From Cyanobacteria bacterium P01_F01_bin.150 (GTDB taxonomy: Bacteria; Cyanobacteriota; Cyanobacteriia; CAKZMO01), in contig JBCCYL010000015.1 in the NCBI GenBank assembly GCA_039189765.1, forward strand, positions 1-64,000: a stretch of 64,000 bases of DNA. Reading direction: 5' to 3'. The notes below the pieces were generated by a model that saw only the letters and a list, made by a program, of their open reading frames with translations, did not search any database and was not told where the DNA came from. The translations under genes and the position numbers were made by a program. Positions 19,136 to 28,024 of the stretch are shown here, piece by piece (the first letter of the stretch is position 1; the number at the start of each line of letters is the position of its first letter).

Positions 19136-20038
19136 TCAGTCAATTGATGCTAGATCCGTTAAACCACCTTGACTCAGCAATGCCGCTAACGTGGCGCTTA
19201 CTTTAGGATTCGATGGATGGGTGCGCTGGAGTTCACCCAAAATTGTTAAGGCATCATGCCAAACTCCGGACGCCGCATAGGCCTGGGCAAGGGCGATCGC
19301 GTGCTCCACATTGCTTACATCTATGTCGTCAGCGAGTGGCGCTAGACCTTCAATATCGATCTTTTGAAAGGTGCCGCTTACGGATACCGATGCGCCAATG
19401 CGATCGGGATCGCATTCAATAAAAAACGTCCAGTGATAGGGTTCAGCAACAGGCAAAACTGTAGTAGAACCCTTTACTGCATCAGCGTTTTCATTGGGTA
19501 ACTGAATAGATATCAGCCCCGGCTCCATATCTAGTTCTAAGGTTGTCTGATAGAGATAATTATCCGATTTATCTTGCACCACCAATGCAACCGTCTGGTC
19601 TGGGGTCAACGCGGCTGGAGAATAGAACCACAGCGTTGGCTGATCCGTGGTGGTTTGTCCCCAAACCATACCATCCATCACAGGCGTTAACGCCATCAGA
19701 CCCTCATAGGCACCACATTTACCTCGGCCAGTGCCGCCTGCGGCTCGTCCCTTAGGATTGCCTCGTCTAGGATAGTCGTCTGGTGCATTAAAGAGAATAA
19801 GGCTTTCTTCCAGGGATGGTAAGCCAACTGATGCCATACTCACTGCTGTTGAATGATCGTCGTCAAGGCTAGGGGAGGCCATTGCGATCGCCTCAACAGA
19901 ATTTGATTCAAACGCAATGACTCTTATCTCATTAAATGACGTTAGGCTTAAAGGTGCAGCCAGCAAGAAGGGAGTAGCTTTAACGCAAGACTTCAGGATA
20001 GTTTGTGCGGTTTTGAGGGCGATTTGACTCGATTTCAT
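19136..20038 (-). CDS. DUF928 domain protein
   Basis: RGNPKGRAAGGTGRGKC, LMALTP, WGQTTTDQPTLWFY, YHWTFFIEC, YAASGVWHDAL; start uncertain (20038 or 20095). Confidence 0.88.
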   Translation of the reverse strand: MKSSQIALKTAQTILKSCVKATPFLLAAPLSLTSFNEIRVIAFESNSVEAIAMASPSLDDDHSTAVSMASVGLPSLEESLILFNAPDDYPRRGNPKGRAAGGTGRGKCGAYEGLMALTPVMDGMVWGQTTTDQPTLWFYSPAALTPDQTVALVVQDKSDNYLYQTTLELDMEPGLISIQLPNENADAVKGSTTVLPVAEPYHWTFFIECDPDRIGASVSVSGTFQKIDIEGLAPLADDIDVSNVEHAIALAQAYAASGVWHDALTILGELQRTHPSNPKVSATLAALLSQGGLTDLASID

Positions 20039-20185
20039 AACAAGATGCTCCAAATGTTGAATAGTCTCTAAGTGTGTCGGAAAAAGTAGATGCAACCTTG
20101 AAATCGGAATGATTCTGGAATCCCTTGACCATCAAGCGATCCAGAGATTTAGACTCAAGCGTGGGAGCTAAACTCTCGTCTAAAA

Positions 20186-20216
20186 GGGTATACGTTGAGG
20201 CTTGATAGAATATGCA
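20186..20216 (-). promoter_or_regulatory. Putative alternative-sigma promoter motif, copy 2
   Basis: Minus strand TGCATATTCTATCA-N8-CGTATACCC, just downstream of a terminator and upstream of DUF928. Confidence 0.55.
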
Positions 20217-20236
20217 CGAACTTCGTTACTTGATAT

Positions 20237-20263
20237 AAAAAATGGGGGTACGAAGTACCCCCA
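20237..20263 (-). terminator. Intrinsic terminator after the first DUF928 gene
   Basis: TGGGGGTAC-GAA-GTACCCCCA perfect stem with an A6 tract. Confidence 0.8.
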
Positions 20264-20286
20264 CGTTCGTTTCTTTTATTGCGCTG

Positions 20287-21276
20287 TTACTGTTCGGCGA
20301 TACAACAATCCTGTATCGGTTCCGCTGCCAGTGATTCCAGCCCAATCTGTTGCAATAGATCCGTCCATGCTGCATCAATTTCAGCATCAGTGGGATGGGC
20401 ATGGTGCAGCGTCGCTACAATCGTCAGCGCATCATGCCAGATTCCTGCAGCCGCATAGGTTCTGGCCTGGGAGAGCGATCGCTTTCGATCATTTACATCG
20501 ACCTCTCCAGAAAACGGCATCACCCCATTCATAGTTACCCTTTGGATCGCACCCTTGACCGATACAAACGCAGTTGAGCGTTCAGGGTCACAGTAAATGG
20601 AGAAGGTCCAAGGTAGCAGATCATCAACGGGTAGAGTCACCGTCGAAACTGCTGTCGTACCAGCATTAGTTTCTAGATTCGGCAATACTTGAACCGCGAT
20701 AATGCCCGCTGCTGCTTCCACCTCTAAAGTAGTAGCGGCAATATATTGATCAGTGCCATCTTGCACCACCAGTTCAATGGGCACCTCTGGTATCAAACCC
20801 TCGGGAGAATAGAACCAAAGGGTTGGGTTCGTCGCAGTGGTTTGTCCCCAGGTCAGCTGATTGGGTGAAGAAGCACTGGCCGTTGGATTATCTGTAACTG
20901 GCACCAGAGCCGTCAGACCTTCATAGTTTAGACAGTTCCCCCGACTGGCCCCTCCCACCCGTCTTCCCCTGGGTGCTCCCCGTCCTGGGGGGGGAGGTGC
21001 ATTGAAAATAATAGGACTCGTTTGAATGGAGGTCCCTTGGGAGGGCGAAGCGGTTTCGGCTTCTATTGCCTCAACTGAAGGCGAAATATTGTTTAAGGTC
21101 TCATCAGCAAATGCAGGCTCCGTAAGCTGGGCAACAGATGACTGAGCAGAAATCGGCGCGAGTATCCCAAGCGCCAATAATGGCGACACTAAGAGCTGAG
21201 CACCATAGCTTTGATAGGTTGCCCAAGGGGAGCTGAAAAGGCTCCGCTGTAATTCCCACCGTTGAACGTATTTCAT
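20287..21276 (-). CDS. DUF928 domain protein (probably secreted)
   Basis: Signal-like hydrophobic segment ending ISAQ; PPPPGRGAPRGRRVGGASRGNC; WGQTTATNPTLWFY; YAAAGIWHDAL. Confidence 0.9.
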   Translation of the reverse strand: MKYVQRWELQRSLFSSPWATYQSYGAQLLVSPLLALGILAPISAQSSVAQLTEPAFADETLNNISPSVEAIEAETASPSQGTSIQTSPIIFNAPPPPGRGAPRGRRVGGASRGNCLNYEGLTALVPVTDNPTASASSPNQLTWGQTTATNPTLWFYSPEGLIPEVPIELVVQDGTDQYIAATTLEVEAAAGIIAVQVLPNLETNAGTTAVSTVTLPVDDLLPWTFSIYCDPERSTAFVSVKGAIQRVTMNGVMPFSGEVDVNDRKRSLSQARTYAAAGIWHDALTIVATLHHAHPTDAEIDAAWTDLLQQIGLESLAAEPIQDCCIAEQ

Positions 21277-21328
21277 AAAACGACCTCACCTAAATCGTGG
21301 AGTTATCATACAAAAATCTTGATTCGTT

Positions 21329-23836
21329 TCATAAAGAGCTATCAACTTTAGGCGGGTAATAATGGGAGCGCTTCGTGCCCTCACTACCGTTGATTTTCGA
21401 AACCCGTTTCATCAAGAAACTAACAGTCATACTTGAACCCACCAAGGCCAGCCCAGCAGGCACCAGCGGCATCCAGTATCCATACAGAAGCAACATAAAA
21501 GCACTACCAGCTAGCAGACCAACCCCTGCACTGTCCAATAGAATAATTGGAGGATCTATGTTTTGAGCGTTTGCCCCCTGGGTTCCCATAAACCATTGCA
21601 CATATCTTGAAGAGAGGCCAATTGCGCTTCCGACCATCGCCCACCCCCATACCCATAGAACGGTTAATGCAGGGGAAATTGAGCGCAATACGGGCCGACC
21701 GTCTAGCACCGCACTAAGAATATGGCTGGTCATTTGAGCGTGGAGAAATACTCCAGCCGTTTGCTGAATTCTAGTGACCCCGTAAGGGGTTGGCCAGTAA
21801 TCGTTCATGCTGTTAGCCGTTATGCCGATTAATACAATTCGATCATTGATTGCAGTGGGAATGACCTCACCGTTTAAGATTTGAGTAAGGGACACCTGAT
21901 AAGCAATCTCCTTGGGAGAAGGGACAGATCGGTAGTTCAGCAAAATTTGCACCCCACTGGCATCAATAGCTTGGTAGCCACCGCTGCGAGGCTGTAGCGT
22001 GGGAAACACCACATTATTTATCACTAAGTTGTCGTTTGTATCAAAGGAAATATCGACAGTCTCGTGCTGTAGGTATTGAAAGACAAGGCGAGCACTGAAG
22101 GCATAGGGGGTGGTACAGGCAGCGGCTGGGTCTGGCTCCATTGATAGCAAGTGACGACGAATAATACCGTCAGCATCTGCCAAAAAGTCACTAAAGCCTA
22201 AAAACTCTTCGGTTAACTCAGGCGGCGGAGACACGCCTGAGGGGTCATAAATCGGGTCCCGTCCTTTACAGACGGCAATAAAGCGATCGCTCTGACTCAA
22301 CCGCTTAGCCAAATTAGGGTAATCAGAGCTAACAGGAAAATCACGATAGATATCTAAGCCAATCACTCGGGCCTGATGCTGCTCCAAAATCACCAACAGT
22401 TGGTCAAGAGCCTCATCGGAAAGAGAGCTGCGGCTCTGTAGCGTTTGGTTCTGAATATCCGCATCATCAATGGTCACAATTAGAAATCGATCGTCAGGGG
22501 GTTCCGCTGGACGAAATCGCATCAGTTGATCCAGGGCTTGGAGTTCGAAGGGTTCAAGAAGGCCCAAAAAACGGGCAACCAGCGTCATCAGCGTTATCAT
22601 CAGTGGATATAAAAGCTGGGCCTGGAGCAACAATAGCCGCGTTGGCCGCTGGACGTTAGCCCTGACATCTGTTGCCACCCCAGAATTGGGTGGAGATAAT
22701 ACGGAGCCTTTAGATTCTTTCGGGGTTGTCACATCCTGGAGTTCTGCCCAGGTTAATGTGCGTTCAGCGGGATTTTGCACGATGACAGGTAGCTGGGTCG
22801 CCCATGGACAGTCTTGCTCCAGAGACTGGAGCTTTTCACGGGCTGACCGAACAGCCAAATAAAGCGACGCATTGTTAGCCAGGGCCGTCAAAAGATGTTT
22901 AAGAAATGCATGGGCCACGCGATCGGGAACCGGTTCCCGCATCACAATGGTTTGGGGAATATGGAGGTCCGCTAAATCCCAGGCCAGCCCTAGCCCATCA
23001 CAGGAGTTAAAAATCGCGAGCTGAAGACCGTGGGCGATCGCCTGCTTTAGTCCATATTTAAGCTGGCCGATGGTGATGCTATCCGTCTGATTTAGCAACA
23101 ATTGTCCGGTCCCCTGGCTGGAGCTATGGCCCGCAAAAAAAAGAATATCCCACTGTTGATGCCAGAGGTGATGGTTGAGCGTATCTAAACTCGGTTCCGC
23201 TAACACGGTCACGGTTGCTCCCGGTAATCCGGCCAAAAGCTGCCGATCCGTTTCCACCTCAATCCCCTGGGAATTGCCCAAAATCACTAACACTCTGACT
23301 TGGGCGATCGCTTTTTGTCCAGTGTCTTTAATCGACCGATTATATTCAACCGGGCTTAGGGCTAGCTCGGCTTTAGGATAGTCGTCAAATAATTGCCAGA
23401 GCTGCCAGGGAAACCGCAGCACCTCATGATCTTTAGCCGCAACCATCACCTGGATTTCATCCGTGGGGGACAGGTGGGTTCTTAACTTGCGGTCGATGGA
23501 GCGAAAGGTGGATGCATCTAGCCACAGATTAAGCTGATGCTGTAGATCTTTGCCCAACTGCTCAAACTCTGAGACCGAAACATTGGTAACGTCATCCTCT
23601 TCAATTTCAATATTGAAGTCTCCTGGGCCTAAGCGCCAGGGATTCTGCTGGTCGTACAGCAGCAGGTAGAGCGATCGCCACTGCTGATATTGCGTACCCA
23701 GGATGGCTTGAGCTGGAAGGCTACCTGAAAATTGGATCGGAGCCGTACGGTTTGCTTCCCATAGCTGAACGATGACATCCGGAAACCCCCGTTGCCAATT
23801 GCCCTGCCCTAAATTTAGGATCACGCGCTGACTCAT
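21329..23836 (-). CDS. CHAT (caspase-like) domain - CHASE2 membrane receptor
   Basis: FFAGHS and FNSCDGLG (His/Cys dyad), a TM helix, CHASE2 motifs (VIGLDIYRD, DADGIIRR, IVLIG), three C-terminal TM segments. Confidence 0.9.
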   Translation of the reverse strand: MSQRVILNLGQGNWQRGFPDVIVQLWEANRTAPIQFSGSLPAQAILGTQYQQWRSLYLLLYDQQNPWRLGPGDFNIEIEEDDVTNVSVSEFEQLGKDLQHQLNLWLDASTFRSIDRKLRTHLSPTDEIQVMVAAKDHEVLRFPWQLWQLFDDYPKAELALSPVEYNRSIKDTGQKAIAQVRVLVILGNSQGIEVETDRQLLAGLPGATVTVLAEPSLDTLNHHLWHQQWDILFFAGHSSSQGTGQLLLNQTDSITIGQLKYGLKQAIAHGLQLAIFNSCDGLGLAWDLADLHIPQTIVMREPVPDRVAHAFLKHLLTALANNASLYLAVRSAREKLQSLEQDCPWATQLPVIVQNPAERTLTWAELQDVTTPKESKGSVLSPPNSGVATDVRANVQRPTRLLLLQAQLLYPLMITLMTLVARFLGLLEPFELQALDQLMRFRPAEPPDDRFLIVTIDDADIQNQTLQSRSSLSDEALDQLLVILEQHQARVIGLDIYRDFPVSSDYPNLAKRLSQSDRFIAVCKGRDPIYDPSGVSPPPELTEEFLGFSDFLADADGIIRRHLLSMEPDPAAACTTPYAFSARLVFQYLQHETVDISFDTNDNLVINNVVFPTLQPRSGGYQAIDASGVQILLNYRSVPSPKEIAYQVSLTQILNGEVIPTAINDRIVLIGITANSMNDYWPTPYGVTRIQQTAGVFLHAQMTSHILSAVLDGRPVLRSISPALTVLWVWGWAMVGSAIGLSSRYVQWFMGTQGANAQNIDPPIILLDSAGVGLLAGSAFMLLLYGYWMPLVPAGLALVGSSMTVSFLMKRVSKINGSEGTKRSHYYPPKVDSSL

Positions 23837-23844
23837 ACCAATGC

Positions 23845-25149
23845 TTATGTGGTGAAATCTTCAGTAATGCTTTCATTGCCAAGCTGAACGCGAAGACTAA
23901 ACGCTGTATTGGCAGGCAATCGAAAGCGCTTAAGCTGAATAAAGGCATCGAGCGATCGCCCCTGCACCGATTGGACCACGTCTCCCGTGGGGGCCAGCAG
24001 CGCTAGCTCAATCCCGTCCGGCATTGTAGCCATTGCTTGTGGAGGCCCCGCTTGAGGAGAACTTGGGGAGCTTACTTGGGATGGCGTTTGTCCAGAGTCG
24101 CTTTCGGGACGCAACTGCACCTGAAGCATCACCCGACCATCGGCTTCGGTAATAGCCCGCACCAACAGTAAAAGTGGAACCGAATGACTGTCGACCTCAA
24201 ACGCTAGGCGTTTGCCCATGCTAATCTCAGTGGCGGCATCAGTGGACGTTGAGCTACGAAAAGCCATCGCCCATTCCACATTGGATGGAATCAAGCTATC
24301 CAATGTCTGCCATCCCCGTTCAAGCCATTCCCCAGACAAGAGTGGATCAAGCCATTGCCCCAGAGGGATGAGAGTATTGTCAGAAGGTTCACCAGCAAGC
24401 TTGTTGGACAATTCGGACGCCGATGAAAACGGGACCTTGAGCGCCTGGCTTAAGCGCGATCGCCATTCATCATTGGCGAGCAATGCCCCCCAAGTCTCAA
24501 ACGATAACTCTAATCGCGGCACCAAAACGCCTGGTTGGGATAATTGCTCAATTAAAGCATTGACCTGGGTCGATGATAGAGACGCAAACAGCGACGCAAC
24601 CGACCCTAGGGCTACTTGCGTCGCTTCATCGGGACATAGCTCTCGGGTTACCATCAAAAGCGCTATGTTAGTCGTTAGCCCGTCGCCGTCAAGGCTGTAG
24701 GTGCGATCGCTTTCGTCATAACTGCCCTGCTGTTTAAGGGTTTGATGGGTTGTATAGCCCCACATTTTTACCCAACCCTCATCAGGATTAACCTGCACCG
24801 CCAGATAGTAATCCCCCACCCAATTTGGAATATCCACCCATTCTTGAGGCACCCGTAGCTCGCTCCGGTCTATGGCCTCTGATGGCATTAATATAAACTG
24901 GTCTGACTCAAATCGAACTGCAGTACCCGCAATGCCGTTCATCTCTAATGTATCGTAGGTCTGCTGCTGCAAGTCTTCCTGTTCCAGCAGCCAGGGCATG
25001 ACCCCACTCAAGCAAAGCTGGTTAATATAGGCTTGCCAGCGAGACGCTGAACGCGGGTATTCAGCCTGCATTTGTTGCCAGAGTTGTTCTTGATCGGTGT
25101 CGTCAATCTCAACCCATATATCGTCAGAACAGTCTAATAAGACAGTCAT
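23845..25149 (-). CDS. DUF1822 family protein (putative anti-sigma or protease substrate)
   Basis: RWQAYINQLC, ELRVPQEWVDIPNWVGDYYLAVQV and WGYTTH motifs; overlaps the sigma gene stop by 4 nt. Confidence 0.88.
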   Translation of the reverse strand: MTVLLDCSDDIWVEIDDTDQEQLWQQMQAEYPRSASRWQAYINQLCLSGVMPWLLEQEDLQQQTYDTLEMNGIAGTAVRFESDQFILMPSEAIDRSELRVPQEWVDIPNWVGDYYLAVQVNPDEGWVKMWGYTTHQTLKQQGSYDESDRTYSLDGDGLTTNIALLMVTRELCPDEATQVALGSVASLFASLSSTQVNALIEQLSQPGVLVPRLELSFETWGALLANDEWRSRLSQALKVPFSSASELSNKLAGEPSDNTLIPLGQWLDPLLSGEWLERGWQTLDSLIPSNVEWAMAFRSSTSTDAATEISMGKRLAFEVDSHSVPLLLLVRAITEADGRVMLQVQLRPESDSGQTPSQVSSPSSPQAGPPQAMATMPDGIELALLAPTGDVVQSVQGRSLDAFIQLKRFRLPANTAFSLRVQLGNESITEDFTT

Positions 25150-26360
25150 TGCAAATCCTCCTTTCCGTGGTCTGCTGCTGCGTAATAGCTATAGATCCAC
25201 TCTTCTATCACTAGTCCAATATTGGTTAATACGTCGGACGTTAGGGAAATATGCAGCGTATCTTTGCTCCATACTGCACAATCTTTGAGCAAGGTTGTAC
25301 GGATTTTACTCAGTTGACGAGACACCTTATATTGCTTGACGTTCAGGGTTTTAGCGATCGCCTGCTGCGTCTTACCTTGACCGTAATATAGCTCAAGCAG
25401 GGTTTGGGCCTCCACATCAAGTCGCCCCAAAGATTGAATTAAGGCCTCTTGAATGTTGCGCCGCTGTTGCTGCCGCTGAGTATTTTCCTCCTGAGTAATT
25501 AAGTCATCTAGTAGAGTTTCCTGCTGATCGTCCGCAACGCTATCCTGCCATTCCCCCTGCTCAGCCCCCGGTTTGGGTGCATTCAAAGACGCCGCCTTGG
25601 GATAAAGAAAGGTACGGGCCGCTTTGGCCATTTCACGCAGCCATTGTTTAAGGGTGTCTGGGGTGGCGGTTGGAACCGGTGGGGTAAGGGTTAGCCGTTG
25701 CTGATTAAAATGCTGGGCGATCGCGTTCCAGGTGGCTTCATCCGGACCATCCAACTGTCGCGTATTCTTACTATTACTGGGCATATAAAGATTATTAAAC
25801 ATTTTCCAAGCCAACAGATAGCCATCGATATGGTCTACTTTGCGGCCTGCGGTTTCTAATGCTTCTTGTAATCGTTTCTGGCTAATTTTTCGTAGAAGAG
25901 ACCAATCCGAGCAGATGTCCGTCTCCTGTCGCTGTCGCAGCGTATCTCGAATAATATTGCTAAAGGCCATTCGAGCATAGGTGTCTAGTTTTGCCCCATG
26001 CTCTGGAGAAAACTTTTTGAGCACTTTGGGAAAACCCGCGATCGCCACCTGAAAACAGTCCGCCAGGGAATATTGGGTGCTGGCAAATCCTGCGGCAATT
26101 TTGTGGGCAGACCAGTAGCAGGATTCTTGGACAAACGCGGTTAAGTGATAATAGGCTGGCCCGACGATGGAATGCGCCACCCAACGTTTATGCCAGTAAG
26201 TAGTCCAGAATGATGGGTTTATTTTACCCTCTGGGATTTTGTCTAAAACCTTTACCATATTCAGCTTAAGTCGAGAATCCACCACCCATCGGTTAAACCG
26301 ATTGTCCGTAAACTCGATAAACGCTGAAAATTGGTCCGTAATAGTTTGACGTGTGCGCAT
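25146..26360 (-). CDS. Sigma-70 family RNA polymerase sigma factor (cyanobacterial type)
   Basis: YHLTAFVQESCYW, YSLADCFQ and CSDWSLLRK motifs; region-4 HTH LLELYYGQGKTQQAIAKTLNVKQYKVSRQL. Confidence 0.85.
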   Translation of the reverse strand: MRTRQTITDQFSAFIEFTDNRFNRWVVDSRLKLNMVKVLDKIPEGKINPSFWTTYWHKRWVAHSIVGPAYYHLTAFVQESCYWSAHKIAAGFASTQYSLADCFQVAIAGFPKVLKKFSPEHGAKLDTYARMAFSNIIRDTLRQRQETDICSDWSLLRKISQKRLQEALETAGRKVDHIDGYLLAWKMFNNLYMPSNSKNTRQLDGPDEATWNAIAQHFNQQRLTLTPPVPTATPDTLKQWLREMAKAARTFLYPKAASLNAPKPGAEQGEWQDSVADDQQETLLDDLITQEENTQRQQQRRNIQEALIQSLGRLDVEAQTLLELYYGQGKTQQAIAKTLNVKQYKVSRQLSKIRTTLLKDCAVWSKDTLHISLTSDVLTNIGLVIEEWIYSYYAAADHGKEDLQ

Positions 26361-26575
26361 CGCTCCGAATAGGCCCTAGCTGTTTCCATCGTGTAGCAAG
26401 CGCCAGATCAACAGAGGGCCGATTGCATAAGCATTGGATCTCACACAAATTTTTGTAGTCTACTCAAGCGCCTGTATTTTCTATCACAACTATACGATGA
26501 CTTGTGTGCCAGACCATCGGATGACGACACAGTAATTTACCTTGGATATAGACCAAGGGACATCAAAGAACAGCG

Positions 26576-27670
26576 TTATAAGCTATCCAGATCAACCCCC
26601 TTATCTTGTAGTTTTTTTAACAATGCCTGATAGTCTCGCTCGGATTGGTCAGCCCGTTCTCGTTCAAGATTGACCTGGACTTCTGCTTGTTCCGCTCGTT
26701 GTTGTTCCTGTTGAATTCGTTCCCGTTCAACGTCAATTTGGGTTTCTGCTTGTTCCGCCCGTTGTTTTTCTTGTTCCGCCCGTTGTTTTTCTTGTTCCGC
26801 CCGTTGTTTTTCTTGTTCCGCCCGTTGTTTTTCTTGTTCCGCCCGTTGTTTTTCTTGTTCTGCCCGTTGTTTTTCTTGTTCTGCCCGTTGTTTTTCTTGT
26901 TCCGCCCGTTCTGGGTCAGAGGGAATCCACTGCCCATCTTCGTCGTACCATCGTAGCCATAGGCCATCAGCATCTTCGTAAAAGCCTGACCAAATTCCTA
27001 AGCCCAAGGACAGCTCCTTAAACCAAAATCGAGAATTTGGTAAATTCACCTCCTGATAGGTTCCATGCGTCAGGCGAAAGAGCCGGAATTGGTTTTGGTA
27101 GCGATCGTAGACGGCATAATAGGGAATCTGTAAAAATTTCTCATACACATCCCATTTGCGAGGCGGCTTATCTGGGCGCTGTGGGCGTATCCCTAAATCG
27201 TCATCGTCGGTTCCTGGGGAAAGAAATTCGATGGCTAAAAAGGGTGGGGCGGGTTCATACCAGGTAACATAGCTCCACCGCAAGTCTTGCTGTCGCTCCA
27301 GCCTGGGGGTATCTAGGGCCATAAACCAGTCGGGCCGTTTGTATAGGAGGGGACGCTGGGGGTCGTAGTATAGGTTGAGATCGCTAGCAATAAAGAGGGT
27401 GTTATTGGTTGGAGATTGAGGAGAGTTTTGGGCATTTTCTTCAGATTCCCCACCATCAGACGGGGTAGACAAGGCGGCAGGATAGAGGGGGGACTGACAG
27501 GTTTGTCTTAACAGTTCCGCTTGCATCCGATGAAATTCATCTGGCAATCCGGGTTCTCCTATTTCTTCACTGGGTAATTCGTACATCGTAGGCAAGCGCC
27601 GCTGATGCATTGGGGATGCAAAGTCGTACATGGACGTGGCCTCGGTGAAGGACATATGTAAGTAGTCCAA
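26576..27670 (-). CDS. Uma2-family (PD-(D/E)xK) endonuclease-like protein with coiled-coil tail
   Basis: LPTMYELPSE..EPGLPDEFH, DLNLYYD, RPDWF, IEFLSPGT; RAEQEKQ heptads; start uncertain. Confidence 0.88.
   Translation of the reverse strand: MDYLHMSFTEATSMYDFASPMHQRRLPTMYELPSEEIGEPGLPDEFHRMQAELLRQTCQSPLYPAALSTPSDGGESEENAQNSPQSPTNNTLFIASDLNLYYDPQRPLLYKRPDWFMALDTPRLERQQDLRWSYVTWYEPAPPFLAIEFLSPGTDDDDLGIRPQRPDKPPRKWDVYEKFLQIPYYAVYDRYQNQFRLFRLTHGTYQEVNLPNSRFWFKELSLGLGIWSGFYEDADGLWLRWYDEDGQWIPSDPERAEQEKQRAEQEKQRAEQEKQRAEQEKQRAEQEKQRAEQEKQRAEQEKQRAEQAETQIDVERERIQQEQQRAEQAEVQVNLERERADQSERDYQALLKKLQDKGVDLDSL
26749..26909. repeat. Coding 21-bp tandem repeat, ~7.5 copies (RAEQEKQ)
   Basis: CTTGTTCYGCCCGTTGTTTTT units. 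Confidence 0.95.
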
Positions 27671-27921
27671 AATTAGTTTCTTGAATGTGTTTGCTCCTCA
27701 GGAATGCACACAATCCAGAAATTGACGTTAATTTTGCACATTTAATTAGAACTAGAATACTATATTTTGGGGTGATTATGGGTTGTAGTGACGTAGTGAC
27801 GCCTATGGAGTTCAATAACTTAAGTTGCCAAGGTATTCTAGTGTGGAGTTGGAGGCGATCGCCCATAAACCCTGAACCTACCGCCATCTGCTACGCAACA
27901 ATAGTTGTAAATGTAGTAAAT

Positions 27922-27989
27922 GTAGGGTGCGTGACAACGCACCGATGCCATGTTGGTAGGCGATATAGGTGCGTTATCACGCACCCTAC
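27922..27989. repeat. REP/REPIN-like inverted pair with GTAG ends
   Basis: GTAGGGTGCGTGACAACGCACC ... GGTGCGTTATCACGCACCCTAC. Confidence 0.75.
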
Positions 27990-28024
27990 CGTGACTTTAT
28001 GTGGTAGAAGCAGATGTGGATGAA

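Noticed and set aside
26617..26973. Alternative-frame ORFs over the Uma2 tail
   Set aside because: Products of the stop-free 21-bp tandem repeat
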